Virus record (IMG/VR): IMGVR_UViG_3300012205_000277
Coordinates: 27,830 to 91,829 of that record
Source: a virus
Length of the DNA stretch: 64,000 nucleotides
Reading direction: 5' to 3' (one strand)
Both the position numbers and the translations under genes were made by a program. Below the pieces are notes generated by a model. It ran no database searches. It was not told where the DNA came from and saw nothing but the letters and a program-made list of their open reading frames with translations. Of the stretch, positions 17,163 through 27,329 are shown piece by piece (positions within the stretch are counted from its first letter, which is position 1; the number at the start of each line of letters is the position of its first letter).

Positions 17163-18152
17163 ATGAGCGAAGCCAAACGCGACTTTTATGGTGATCTGGT
17201 TGGTCCTGACCGGCAACCTGAGCAGGAGCGAGCCATGAGCGAAGTGGCAAAGCTAGTTGAGAAGTGGCGCAAAGAGCAATTTACATATTCAGGCATCCCA
17301 GACTGGATGGCCGTATTTCTGGCAGTTAGAACATGCGCCGACGAACTGGAATCCGCGCTACGAGCGGATGAACAAGCACCAGAAAGCACAGGAGGGATTT
17401 ACAAAGGAGGTACCCGCTACGAGGGCACGAACGAACGGGCCGCGAGTGAGACTGAAGACTATCCCGGCCAGGCTTTCTTCCATGAGAACAATCCGAATAT
17501 CAAACGGGCTGAGGAGCGAATTGTGAGCCGGGAAGAGTTCAATGGCAGTATCAGTGATGAGGCTGCGCAGTCCACCCTAGAGGAAAGAGCGAGGGAGTTT
17601 GCCGACAAAATAGCTGGCCTGCTTGACCCCCAGCAACTTGCGACAATTGGAAAAGGTGGCCGCGTTCCTTCTAGCACACTTCGGTATAACGTTCGACAGG
17701 CGAAGAAAGCAATAGAACCTTTGGCCTTAGAAATGCTCACCAGCGTCCAAGCCGAAGCGGAAGGCCATGTCGTCATCCGAATTAGGAACGTCCTCGCGGT
17801 GCTCGCAGGTGCTCCATTTGACAATCTCACGCCGGAAATTCAGGGACTAGTAAAACATTGGCAGCCAGCAATCCAAGCCAAGTTGGAAACGGCGCTCCAG
17901 CCCCAAGCCGCAAGTGCTGGGGCGCTGAGTGCTATAAAAGAGAAAATACACTGGTATGTCGGCAGTGATTCAATGAGTGACTGTTGGGCAGAGATCTTGC
18001 CGCTGCTCGCTGCCCACGATCAAAAGGTGCGAGAAGGGATGCTGGATTTGCTACGAAAATGTCCGGAGTGGGCCACACCAAAAGCAAATTGGCTAAAGGC
18101 CGCCCTGGCCTCCCGAACAGAGGAGAAGGAGACGAGTCATGGCAAGACTTAG
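17163..18152 (+). CDS. Mosaic hypothetical protein
   Basis: AGGAG RBS before MSEAKR; several internal RBS-like points. Confidence 0.55.
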   Translation: MSEAKRDFYGDLVGPDRQPEQERAMSEVAKLVEKWRKEQFTYSGIPDWMAVFLAVRTCADELESALRADEQAPESTGGIYKGGTRYEGTNERAASETEDYPGQAFFHENNPNIKRAEERIVSREEFNGSISDEAAQSTLEERAREFADKIAGLLDPQQLATIGKGGRVPSSTLRYNVRQAKKAIEPLALEMLTSVQAEAEGHVVIRIRNVLAVLAGAPFDNLTPEIQGLVKHWQPAIQAKLETALQPQAASAGALSAIKEKIHWYVGSDSMSDCWAEILPLLAAHDQKVREGMLDLLRKCPEWATPKANWLKAALASRTEEKETSHGKT

Positions 18153-18336
18153 CCCAAGGTCCAGAGAGCTAGTCACGTTGCTGATCTGTGGGCTTACTAT
18201 CAAAGAAGCGGCATCCTACATGGACATTTGCCACGGCGCAGCCAGGAAACTCTTGATGAAAGCAAGAATCAAGCTCGGCTGTCGAACTGCCTGGCAACTG
18301 CTATACGAACTTGGGATGGAGTGTAATCTCAAATGA
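18139..18336 (+). CDS. LuxR-type HTH regulator
   Basis: LSPRSRELVTLLICGLTIKEAA...ARIKLG. Confidence 0.8.
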   Translation: MARLSPRSRELVTLLICGLTIKEAASYMDICHGAARKLLMKARIKLGCRTAWQLLYELGMECNLK

Positions 18337-19320
18337 GCGAAGCAACCGAAATAGTCCACTGGCCCGGCCAGGACACTCCGATGTGTGACCGTCATACGTT
18401 GCAAGCGAAGCGTATCGGTCAGGCTATGGGAATCACCGTCAGCTCTACTCCATGGCCGGTAGAAGGCACGATCTGCAAGAACTGCGAGAACGAAGCAAAG
18501 AAGGCAGCAGCCAAATAGTGAGGTAGCAATGGACGAACGACGCTCCGGAAAAAATAAATCACACTCGACTTTGGAGCAAAAGGTGGAATGGCTGCTGAGG
18601 CATCCTCTCTTCCTGAAAGAGATTCTGGACAAGAAGAAACTTGTGGCGGAGATGAAGAAGGACAAACTGATCGCGCCGTCCACCTATTGGAGAGATATCA
18701 ATCTGGAGGATGCGATTAAGCAGGCGAAGATTAGGACATGAGACTGGGGATGAAAAGAGGACTGCCCGGAATGCGCAGTCCTCAGCCCTAGCCCAGACAC
18801 CTGCCAAACCGAAGTTTACTTCGCGCCAGCGGATTTTTCAAGGATTGAACCAATGGTATTTTCTGCAAAAGAAAGAGGTTTGAGGTCGCCAAGTAAAAGC
18901 ATTTTTTTTTGGAGCAGCCGACAGACTTCGAGGCGCACCTCGAGCGGCCATGCCTCATCGTGGATTACATGGTTGTGGATATCCAGTAACATGTACCAGC
19001 GCCGCATACGGGAGCAGCCTCTGTTCTGTTACCTGTAAAATTGGTTTAATTCGTACGCTTAAACCACTACGATAGCAATAGTACCGGGAGGCAAGTACGG
19101 AAGTACTCTCCATGATCTCTCCCATTGACGTCCACACCATAGAATCAATTGATACCGACGTGAATAAATTCGCCGGTGGCTTCATCGTCGCGCGGGCCGA
19201 AGGGAATACTCTCGTCGAGGCCTATCATTGTGATACGCAGTCGGAAGCGGACAGTCTGGCCCGCAGCTTATTCGAGGACAAACTAGGATATGTGGAAGTC
19301 TTTATCAAGGAAACCATTCA

Positions 19321-19617
19321 TTGAGCGAAGAAAAACGCCCTTTCACGAAAGAGCAACCGCATTATGGAGAATCGATTCTTCATTGCGGCCATCCCAATAG
19401 CCGGCCGCAGCACTTCTACAGTTTTGGCCCAGGCATGCCGGAGAAAGAATGGAAATCGCCGGATGGAAGAGCAGTGATGTCGCGCTGGATGGTGTTGTGC
19501 GATGATTGCAACAAAATCTATGGCTTCACGCCGCATTTGGCAATTCAAGCGGATGCCACATGGAAAGCGCTCGATCCGGTGATCCAAATACCGGAAGTAA
19601 GGAAAAATAAAATATGA
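19321..19617 (+). CDS. Hypothetical protein
   Basis: Coupled to neighbours; HCGH, LCDDC. Confidence 0.55.
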   Translation: MSEEKRPFTKEQPHYGESILHCGHPNSRPQHFYSFGPGMPEKEWKSPDGRAVMSRWMVLCDDCNKIYGFTPHLAIQADATWKALDPVIQIPEVRKNKI

Positions 19618-19895
19618 GATCGATATCGCCAGTAATTCCCGGGATGGACCTGGAAGAAACTGTTTTTGCAAAGCATCAGCCGCAATACAATCCGTTGCCG
19701 GCCGTCATGGTCGATGGCCGCGTGATCAGCCGGTGGAAGCTGACCTGGCGTGAACGGTTCAAGCTGCTCGTAACCGGGAACCTTTGGCTGACGCTGTTGA
19801 CTTTCGGGCAGCCGCTCCAGCCGATTCTCATCGAGATAGACTCACCCAAACGTTATCTCGAAGAAGAGAAAGAAGAAACGCTGGCCGACGCTTAA
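19614..19895 (+). CDS. Conserved phage hypothetical protein
   Basis: FAKHQPQYNPLPA..ISRWKLTWRER..LWL..LTFGQPLQP pattern. Confidence 0.75.
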   Translation: MRSISPVIPGMDLEETVFAKHQPQYNPLPAVMVDGRVISRWKLTWRERFKLLVTGNLWLTLLTFGQPLQPILIEIDSPKRYLEEEKEETLADA

Positions 19896-20246
19896 AGTTT
19901 TCAATATCCGTGCACTGCACAGCCTCGGCTTCTAAAAAGCACGGTGCGTTCGCTTTTGTTACATCGAGTGCATGTCCACAAACAATCGAGGCACCCACAC
20001 CGAAGAGTGATATTTATTTTCTCCCACCGATGCCTGAAGATTTTACAAAGCAGGCCCAGCTTCATAGCGACACTCGATTGAGCAATGCAATTTCCGGAGG
20101 GGAAAGTTTGCCAGCGCACAGGAAACAGATCCAGGAATCCTCGAGTTTTTCCGTGCGCGCCGGGCAAAGTGGCCCGGGATCGCCAAGACGCCGCGGCAGC
20201 GTGCACGTTCGCAAGTGTCCGCATTTGGAGCAAAAATGAGTGTGGG

Positions 20247-21374
20247 TCATGGGCATTGGGATTCCTTCCGATCGTTGTAAGTCGGCCCATAGCCTTCGAT
20301 GCGAACCAGTTTCCGGAATTCGGCTGGCAGCGGGTTTGGCGCCTGGTCCAGATGGTTCAAGGCAATCCAGTCGACCCCGCCGCAAATAGCGAGTGCTTTG
20401 CGGAATAGCTGCTCGTCGAAACGGCCGTACCGGAATGCTCCGGGGAATCCTGGCTCGTTGTGCGGCTCGGGATAGCTCAGAGTCGGATCTTCGGTCGGGA
20501 ATGCTCCGAGGCCGTGCCGTGTGTAGTAGGTACGGATAATGCCGACGCGCGTGCGTTTGCCATCATAGCCGGATTCATTCAGGAGCGTATCCGCATTGTG
20601 GAATGTGCAATCCGTCCACGTATTGAATCCCGGCTCGCCATGATTCTCATCGAGCAGCACGCCCTGGGCCCCTTCGAAGATGGCGCAATCTGTCTCGGCG
20701 AGCAAGGTTTTCAGATGCCCGCGGTCGACCACCTTCGCCGGCCAGTTTTTGTACCAGCTCCAGCACACGTCGATCAGATCGTCTTTCTGCAGCGTTGGAT
20801 CGACATAGCGTACGAATGGCTTGGTCATAAACCCGGCGGCGCTCAATTCATCCGAGGCCCAGAGTTCGATAAACTTAAGTTTCTGGCGAACTAAAGTTTC
20901 ATTTTTTAGGTCGCCGGCGAACAGTGCCCGATCGCCAAACTCCAGATGGAATTGGCGGCACTTGCCGATGCCCTGGCCGCAAGTGTTCGTGCGGTTGCCT
21001 GGAAGAGTCAAGAGGCGGTTCAATTCTCTGTGGAAAGGGGTGACGATTAATGCTTCGGCGTCGACCGTTGTACGCTCCCAGGCGTCAGTGACGCCAAGTG
21101 ATGCCAAATGCTCAGCTTCTCTCATAGCATTTATTGGATTGTAAAGCATAAATCTTGAGATATGCGTGCGCACACCGGGATGGAAAGTGCCACTCCCGAA
21201 TTGCTGGAAGATATGATGCCGGCCGTCGGGTGTCACTACGGAATGCCCTGCTTGGCAGCCTCCGGAATAGCGGACGACAAGCCCGGCATTATGCCAAAAA
21301 GTAAGTGCGTCAACTGTACTGCCTTTGCCGCAGTCGCCAAAACCCAAGCCGCAGACGAGGAAACTTTGCTTCAC
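20247..21374 (-). CDS. purA: Adenylosuccinate synthetase-like (PurA family) protein
   Basis: GLGFGDCGKG, RYSGGCQAGHSV, FEGAQGVLLD, RTYYTRHGLGAFPTE, FRYGRFD, LNHLD. Confidence 0.85.
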   Translation of the reverse strand: MKQSFLVCGLGFGDCGKGSTVDALTFWHNAGLVVRYSGGCQAGHSVVTPDGRHHIFQQFGSGTFHPGVRTHISRFMLYNPINAMREAEHLASLGVTDAWERTTVDAEALIVTPFHRELNRLLTLPGNRTNTCGQGIGKCRQFHLEFGDRALFAGDLKNETLVRQKLKFIELWASDELSAAGFMTKPFVRYVDPTLQKDDLIDVCWSWYKNWPAKVVDRGHLKTLLAETDCAIFEGAQGVLLDENHGEPGFNTWTDCTFHNADTLLNESGYDGKRTRVGIIRTYYTRHGLGAFPTEDPTLSYPEPHNEPGFPGAFRYGRFDEQLFRKALAICGGVDWIALNHLDQAPNPLPAEFRKLVRIEGYGPTYNDRKESQCP

Positions 21375-21391
21375 AATCCCTCCTAAATTAA

Positions 21392-21418
21392 GATAGGGCC
21401 GCGATTAACGGCCCTATC
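21392..21418 (-). terminator. Hairpin, probable terminator
   Basis: GATAGGGCCG/CGGCCCTATC. Confidence 0.6.
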
Positions 21419-21420
21419 CA

Positions 21421-21502
21421 TTTGACGTGCCTGCCACACCCAGCCCTGGCTCGACCGGTCTTTCCATGCCTTTGCATTCCAAGGCCCGCCTGCAGCGTCA
21501 AA
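21421..21502 (-). repeat. 5-nt-period array closed by an inverted repeat
   Basis: + strand: accca gccct ggctc gaccg gtctt tccat gcctt tgcat tccaa ggccc gcctg; ends TTTGACG/CGTCAAA. Confidence 0.75.
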
Positions 21503-21944
21503 CTCTTATCGCAATTCTATCCATCTGTGTGCCGCGTTCTTGCGAAGCCACTCCCCGGCTTTTTGATAAAGCGGATTGTTCGGTTCGCGGCTGTAGCCGT
21601 AGCCGTCGGTCACACCGTTCCGGTAGGACCACTTCATGCAGAAGCTGGCTACGATGATCCATGTCAAATTCCCAATGAGTATCCAACCGAATATTTCAGT
21701 CATCGTCGTCCCTTTCATTTCTTGTCGAGGCAGGCTGTAGGATCGAGTCCGCAATTCGGGACCGGGACATGCCGCATGAGATAACCCCAAACCAAACCGG
21801 AAGCGATGATACAGAAATAGATCAGCAAAGCCTTCTTCGTCTCTTTCTTCATGGCTTACCCCCCCTTATCGCGTGTAGGCCAAAAGACCCAAACTATGGC
21901 GAGGTTCACAAAGCCTACGACCATCAGTATCGCCAATAGCCACT

Positions 21945-22136
21945 CTACCCCGCCCATTGTGGCCTTCGCTTTGCCAGAGCCTTCTGCACGGTCGTCGCAT
22001 GAATGCACAAGAGCTTCGCAATTTCCGGTTTGCTGACCCCGCGCGCGGCGAGACGGCGAATCTCGTCGGCGCGGGCATCGGCATTCTTCTTTTTGCGGGC
22101 TGCGACAGCGGTTCTCTTTGTGAGTTGATAGTCCAT
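21945..22136 (-). CDS. HTH protein
   Basis: GVSKPEIAKLLCIHATTVQKAL. Confidence 0.75.
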   Translation of the reverse strand: MDYQLTKRTAVAARKKKNADARADEIRRLAARGVSKPEIAKLLCIHATTVQKALAKRRPQWAG

Positions 22137-23068
22137 CAGGCTGTCGCGGAAGTTCCCAGATTGATCTTGCGGCCGCCCCAGAGGATTTTGCTGATGGCGG
22201 CAGCTTCGGCGGCGTCAGTGCCAGCGGCTACGAGGTCCGTGACGGCATCGGCTTCACTGTTCAGCCGGCCTTCGGTCATGCCGATGAGCGATCCGATTAC
22301 TTCGCAAATCAGGTTCGGATGCTGGAGCGTGATGACGCATTCGTTGCCGAACAGGCGCACGTACTGTTCCCTGGCATTATCGAAGCCGCCTACCGGCCAG
22401 AGCACGAAAACGTTGTAGAGCTGCTTGAGCGCCAGGATGGTTGTTTCAATCGGAATCGATCCAGGAAGGCTGTCGCCAAACACTGACCGGGCATGTTCCG
22501 CGCTGGTTGTCGAGAAAATGGGTTCATCGGCATACATGAAGAAGTAACCCTTCCGGTTGCGCTTCTCCATGCAATCGAGGATGGTCTTATTGGCGGCCGC
22601 ATACATGACGAGATCGTAGGACTCCCCCTGATTGCCGCCACCTTGTCCGACCAGCATCAGCTTGCGAATGTGCTCGTCGATCCGGTTGTCGGATTCGAAG
22701 TCTGAGATTTGTGTAGATTTGTCCCGGACCACGGTCCAATCGTCGTTGGCGGCAATCGCTACCTGGGGATCGGGAAGATAGCGCTCAAGCAGCGCCATGA
22801 GGTTCGGAAGTTTCTGCTGCGCTTCGCGCGCCCGCGAGATGTTCGATCCAGTGACGTCCAAGCAAAGCAGGACGGCATTCGATTCCGGGTGCTCCGTGCT
22901 GTCGCGGCTCTCGAGTTTCCCGAACGGCTTTGCTTTGATCCGTTTCGGATCGAGGTCCGGGTGGATGGTTGTCGCTGTTTGCGTGTATTCGAAATCATCC
23001 TTCCCGGTGAGTCTGCGCGTTGATGCCGCGCGTGAGTAGGTAGGTGCATCAAAACGTCCACTGCCCAT
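22136..23068 (-). CDS. von Willebrand factor A (vWA) domain protein
   Basis: MGSGRF start after AAGGAG; ESRDSTEHP, LDVTGS (MIDAS-like), GGGGNQGESY, GYFFMYADE. Confidence 0.85.
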   Translation of the reverse strand: MGSGRFDAPTYSRAASTRRLTGKDDFEYTQTATTIHPDLDPKRIKAKPFGKLESRDSTEHPESNAVLLCLDVTGSNISRAREAQQKLPNLMALLERYLPDPQVAIAANDDWTVVRDKSTQISDFESDNRIDEHIRKLMLVGQGGGNQGESYDLVMYAAANKTILDCMEKRNRKGYFFMYADEPIFSTTSAEHARSVFGDSLPGSIPIETTILALKQLYNVFVLWPVGGFDNAREQYVRLFGNECVITLQHPNLICEVIGSLIGMTEGRLNSEADAVTDLVAAGTDAAEAAAISKILWGGRKINLGTSATA

Positions 23069-23118
23069 GTGAATTCTCCTTTTAATTTTGGCCCGTTTGG
23101 CTACGCGACCGGAAAAAT

Positions 23119-23343
23119 TTATTCCAAGACAATTCTGCGTCCTGAGAAAAACGGTTCCACCGTCGGTGGCTGCTTGCTCAGCCAAATGCGGCTCCCTTCG
23201 GCAAGACAATCACAGTCGGGCGGGCCGATAACGGCCGGATGATAGTTCTCGCAATGCGCCGGCCCGCGCTCCCGGTGAAGCGCGAATCCAATGTCATTCA
23301 TTTCGTTGACTTCCTTGATGGTGAAATCGGAATACCGGATCAT
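23119..23343 (-). CDS. Small hypothetical protein ending in RRIVLE
   Basis: GAGG RBS; coupled to the upstream gene. Confidence 0.6.
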   Translation of the reverse strand: MIRYSDFTIKEVNEMNDIGFALHRERGPAHCENYHPAVIGPPDCDCLAEGSRIWLSKQPPTVEPFFSGRRIVLE

Positions 23344-23654
23344 TTCTCACCTCGTCCCGGTTTTGGCGCGTCCTTTCCAGGACATTTCCTTGCAGAGTTC
23401 CGCATACTTGATCCTGCACAATCGGTGCGGACAATACTCCGAATTTAGCCATGTCGAGATATGATCAGGCTCCAGGAGTGGCCAGTTGATCCAGCTTGGC
23501 TGCCCGCACATGCACAGAATTCGTTCATTTCCATCGGAATTGACCACACTGGCTTTCTGCCAGATCCAATCGTTCTTCTTACAGTGCGCGCAAACAATGG
23601 GCTTCGAATCCACGTTGACGGATCCAAACATCGGAACGTGGATAAAGAGAGCCG

Positions 23655-23945
23655 TCATTTCTCGCCGATGGCCCGGATAGGCGCTCCCAATTGCTTCCCG
23701 GTACCGAGCCCCTTCGATTCAAAGAAGGTCCCGGTCTTTTTAGGGTCGGCCAGCGCCGGCAACCGTTCCTGGCCGACTATGTTCAGGAATTGGAGCTCCA
23801 CCTTGGCCGAATTGATGATTTGCGCGGCCACGTGAGCTACCGCTTCGGCGCGCTCAACCGGCATGGGATTGTCTTTGTCTTTTAGCTTTTCGAGCGCGTC
23901 GAACAAATGATCGCGCAAGTCTGACATCTTCCTGTTGTTTTCCAT
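23655..23945 (-). CDS. Conserved phage protein, partner of the upstream HNH
   Basis: SDLRDHLFDALEKL..RAEAVAHVAAQIINSAKVE. Confidence 0.75.
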   Translation of the reverse strand: MENNRKMSDLRDHLFDALEKLKDKDNPMPVERAEAVAHVAAQIINSAKVELQFLNIVGQERLPALADPKKTGTFFESKGLGTGKQLGAPIRAIGEK

Positions 23946-24750
23946 ACTTTTCCTTTCTTTCTCGGATTTGCCGTTTCAGTGCTCCGGTCAAAAGAATCAC
24001 TTTCCTGAGTTCGGGAGGATAGCTTGGCCGGTGAATGGAATTGCGCCGCATCAGCTCCGCCCTGGTGATGCATTCCAGGTTCGTAAGAACGGTATTCTGT
24101 TTGTTGCCATCCTTGAAAACCACGGCATGCCCTGGAGGAACCTTTCCATGCGCCTCTTTCCATATGCGAAGATGCACAAATTCCCATACTTTCTGATTGC
24201 CGAATCCGCCCAGGACTCGATCGGCAATCTTCCTTCGCAGGTAGCCGTCGGAATCCGCCTTGATGGTTCCGACTGGAAACCAGTTGCGTGACCGCTGGCC
24301 TTTCTTGAAGGTTGTCTCCGCCATGCGGCCATGCGCCAAGGAATACCCTGGACGTCGCAAGCCTTTGTTATGAGGAACCTGCCCGGGCTTGAACCGCGTT
24401 TGAACGCTGCACCGGCGCAAGCGCGCGCTTTCGGCTGCGTGAAGAGTCTCTGTGTATGCTTTTGTTTTATGTAGATGCAATATGCCCGCTTGAGCATGGA
24501 CGCTATTGAGAGTGCGGCCCAAGAGGCCAGCCACTTCGGCACAAGGCAAGTGCGGATAGATTTTACGGAACTGTGCATGATCGGCAGCCGTCCAAGGCTT
24601 GCAGCCAAATCTTTTTCTGATTCCAAGTTTCTCCGCGCGGCTCTTGATCGAATCATCGGACCGGTGAAGTTTGGCGGCAAGTTCTTTCCGGGGATGATCG
24701 GGATAGAGCCGACATAAAATCAGGTCTTCACGTTTTGACCAGTATCGCAT
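23854..24750 (-). CDS. HNH endonuclease-domain protein
   Basis: WSKRED/WTAAD repeats, FKPGQVPHNKG, HLRIWKEAHG..VVFKDGNKQN..NLECITRAE. Confidence 0.85.
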   Translation of the reverse strand: MRYWSKREDLILCRLYPDHPRKELAAKLHRSDDSIKSRAEKLGIRKRFGCKPWTAADHAQFRKIYPHLPCAEVAGLLGRTLNSVHAQAGILHLHKTKAYTETLHAAESARLRRCSVQTRFKPGQVPHNKGLRRPGYSLAHGRMAETTFKKGQRSRNWFPVGTIKADSDGYLRRKIADRVLGGFGNQKVWEFVHLRIWKEAHGKVPPGHAVVFKDGNKQNTVLTNLECITRAELMRRNSIHRPSYPPELRKVILLTGALKRQIRERKEKYGKQQEDVRLARSFVRRARKAKRQRQSHAG

Positions 24751-25484
24751 GGTGCCTCCTTTCTTTTTTGAGCGCGGCTCGCGTTCGCTTCGACAACCAC
24801 CACATAGCGTCAATTTCAGCATCCGTACGCGGCGGTGGCGGCGGCGGCTTTGGCGGCCGGGGACCGCCAAGAGCACGCCAGAGAATTTCTTGATTCCGCG
24901 GACTGCGCCTGGTTCTCAATTTTTGAATCCTTCGAGGGCGGTCAAAGCCGCTTGGATCTGGCCTTGGAATCTACTGATAACTTCCAAATCGCCGGATGCC
25001 CTGGAATTCATGCAGGTAAATCGGTGCCAGGCTTGGCGTTCCGGCAAAGTTAATTTATCGAATATGGCTAGGATCAATTTCATTTCCGGGGAATCATCCG
25101 GCAGTCTTGCGCCTGTGGCGAGGTTGAGCATCGCTGGCTTGCATCCGGGACAGGCATCCTCGTAGGTTTCCCAGCTCATGATTGATTCCCTAGGGCCTCT
25201 AGTGCGCGAAGCACCACTTGCCCATATTCCGTGGCGGTGCCAAAGCCGCTTTCGACGCAGGCAATCCGTTTTTGCCAGTAGGGGTCGTCCAGTAAATCCC
25301 GCAGGGCTTTCTCTAGCGCTGATTGTTTCGAAAGCCAGCGTGCGATAATTGGCTCGATTCGGTCGATATCCTGGGCAATGATTTCATCGAGCTGGCCGAT
25401 GGCGTCTACGCTGGCTGCTTCTGGTAATTCTGGATCGCGCAATGCATTGAAGAGTTCCTGCCGTTGCTTGTCCGATAGTTTCAT

Positions 25485-25778
25485 TCATTGGCTCCGCACG
25501 GTTGTATCGATGGGAATCGAGCACGGAATCTTGATCGACCGCGGATCGTCCGGCCGGCCAGCCGTTGTCACGATGCCTGTCCATCCGCACCGCGAGCAGG
25601 AAATGAGATACTGCCCACAACGCGGCGCTGGATATGGCAAGGCCGTCTGGCAGGTAAACTGGAACGGATGGCCGTTTGAAACATCGATATCGATGCCATT
25701 CGGATATTTCGGGTCCGGAGCGTTTTGAGGCTCCCGGTGGCCGTCAATCCACTCTACCGTTAGATTTTCGCTGTTCAT
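25485..25778 (-). CDS. Conserved zinc-binding phage protein
   Basis: REPQNAPDPKYPNGIDID..LPYPAPRCG..CSRCG..TTAGRPDDPRS. Confidence 0.7.
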   Translation of the reverse strand: MNSENLTVEWIDGHREPQNAPDPKYPNGIDIDVSNGHPFQFTCQTALPYPAPRCGQYLISCSRCGWTGIVTTAGRPDDPRSIKIPCSIPIDTTVRSQ

Positions 25779-26367
25779 TGAGTTCCTTCGTTAGTTCTGA
25801 AATGACCCGAGCAATATCGAGAGCCGCAAAATATCCGGGCAAGCCAGCCGAACTGGTGGCTAAAAAGATGGCCTGTCACGTGGTAGAACCGTGCCCGCGC
25901 GCAATGGCTAGAATCTGTTCGCGTGTCAAACCGCATAAAAGGGCCTGGCCTATCGCGGCTTCGAGCCGTTCATATGCCGTCATGGATCTTTCCTCTTCTT
26001 GCGTCTGTGCGGCGCACCGGAAAGGTGAATTCGCTCCAACCCTTCTGCTTCGGGGACGCTCTTGATTGACGATAGCGGCACCTTGCATTCGTGAAGCGGG
26101 AAGCGCACTGACACTAATGCTTTGCAAACTGGACAACGAATTACGCTGCTCATCATTTTTTCCTCACTCTCTCAAGGGCATAGCAGCCGCTAACTCCTGT
26201 CAGCCAAATAACGGCAGTATGGCCACTAAGCATCTCCGCCTCGCTGCGCGTGGTCGTTTCTATTTCTGTGCCATCGTCTTTTTCAACGATCACCGGAGTC
26301 CCAATCGGAACCTGGCCCCAAGCGTCAAAGATTTTCTGCTGCTGCTTTACGTAGCCGGTTGGATGTC

Positions 26368-27174
26368 TCATGGGAACAATCCACTTTTCTCTTTGCCGTA
26401 CTGGAAGTAGGCAGATGGATATTCTTGAATTTTGCCTTCGCCTTCTAGCTCAATTTTCATTTCTGTTCTGGGAGCACTGCTTTGTTTGAACCAGAAAGCA
26501 ATATCATGCTTCCTACAAATCTTCAGGATGCGCCTGGCCCACTCATGATCCATGAAACGAAATAAGTCAGAATTGTTTCCGGATTCTCCGCCCACAATCA
26601 GTTGCGAGAAGCCGTCAACATATTCCTCTAGGTCCGGCGTAATGTCTTCGAGCAATGGCTCGGCGGATACAAACCGAACGTATGCGGGAATCGCGCGGAG
26701 CACTGCCATGCGTTTCAAATACTTTTTGCTTTCGACGCTCACTCCCATCCAACAATTCTTATAACCAATCCCCCAATCAGTAGGTAGGCGCCGCTCAATC
26801 AATTCCGGGCGCTTGGTCAATATCTGATAGACCAGGTTCGGAGTGTCTCGGATGATCTTCCATACTTCCGGACGCCATTGGTCGGCATCTTGAATGAAGA
26901 AATCACTCAAGCTGCAAGTAAAAACCAGATCGTAACGCTTGGCCTTTTCTGCTTCCCGTTGCCAGCGTTTTGGATCGTTCCAAGTTTTTGTGCGGACTAC
27001 CGTATCAAATGGATGAGGATTCGCCGGTGTGCCGCGCATCCGGTTAATCATTGCTCGGGCATAGCATGCGTGGCACCCTGGCGACACGGTCCTGCAGCCA
27101 ATAAATGGATTCCAAGTTTTTGAGGCCCAGCTAATACGCGTTGTATCGCCCAAATTTACTCCTTTCACCTTCAC
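26368..27174 (-). CDS. DUF5131 (Gp37/Gp68) family protein
   Basis: ISWASKTWNPFIGCRTVSPGCHACYA, VFTCSLSDFF, YQILTKRPE, RFVSAEPLL, IVGGESG, FWFKQ. Confidence 0.92.
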   Translation of the reverse strand: MKVKGVNLGDTTRISWASKTWNPFIGCRTVSPGCHACYARAMINRMRGTPANPHPFDTVVRTKTWNDPKRWQREAEKAKRYDLVFTCSLSDFFIQDADQWRPEVWKIIRDTPNLVYQILTKRPELIERRLPTDWGIGYKNCWMGVSVESKKYLKRMAVLRAIPAYVRFVSAEPLLEDITPDLEEYVDGFSQLIVGGESGNNSDLFRFMDHEWARRILKICRKHDIAFWFKQSSAPRTEMKIELEGEGKIQEYPSAYFQYGKEKSGLFP

Positions 27175-27175
27175 T

Positions 27176-27285
27176 GACTTACCTGTCCCTGCCGTACAAT
27201 TCCAAGAACGCGAACACCGCGCCTAACCCAAGCGGGCCAGTTCGTGTCTTGTCCCGCCGAGGCTGGACATGCCATGACTAACCGG
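27176..27285 (-). repeat. 5-nt-period array (about 22 units) between promoter and gene
   Basis: + strand: gactt acctg tccct gccgt ... gccta accca agcgg gccag ttcgt gtctt gtccc gccga ggctg gacat gccat gacta accgg. Confidence 0.75.
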
Positions 27286-27294
27286 TCCGGGTTA

Positions 27295-27323
27295 AGATTA
27301 TAACTTAGGGTCTAATTTGTCAA
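27295..27323 (-). promoter_or_regulatory. Sigma70-type promoter
   Basis: TTGACA-17 nt-TAATCT, with an overlapping TATAAT. Confidence 0.7.
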
Positions 27324-27329
27324 TGATTT

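Noticed and set aside
20247-21374. PurZ / Z-genome pathway
   Set aside because: The motif is GDCGKG with Asp retained, not the Ser of PurZ, and no DatZ or MazZ partner is recognisable.
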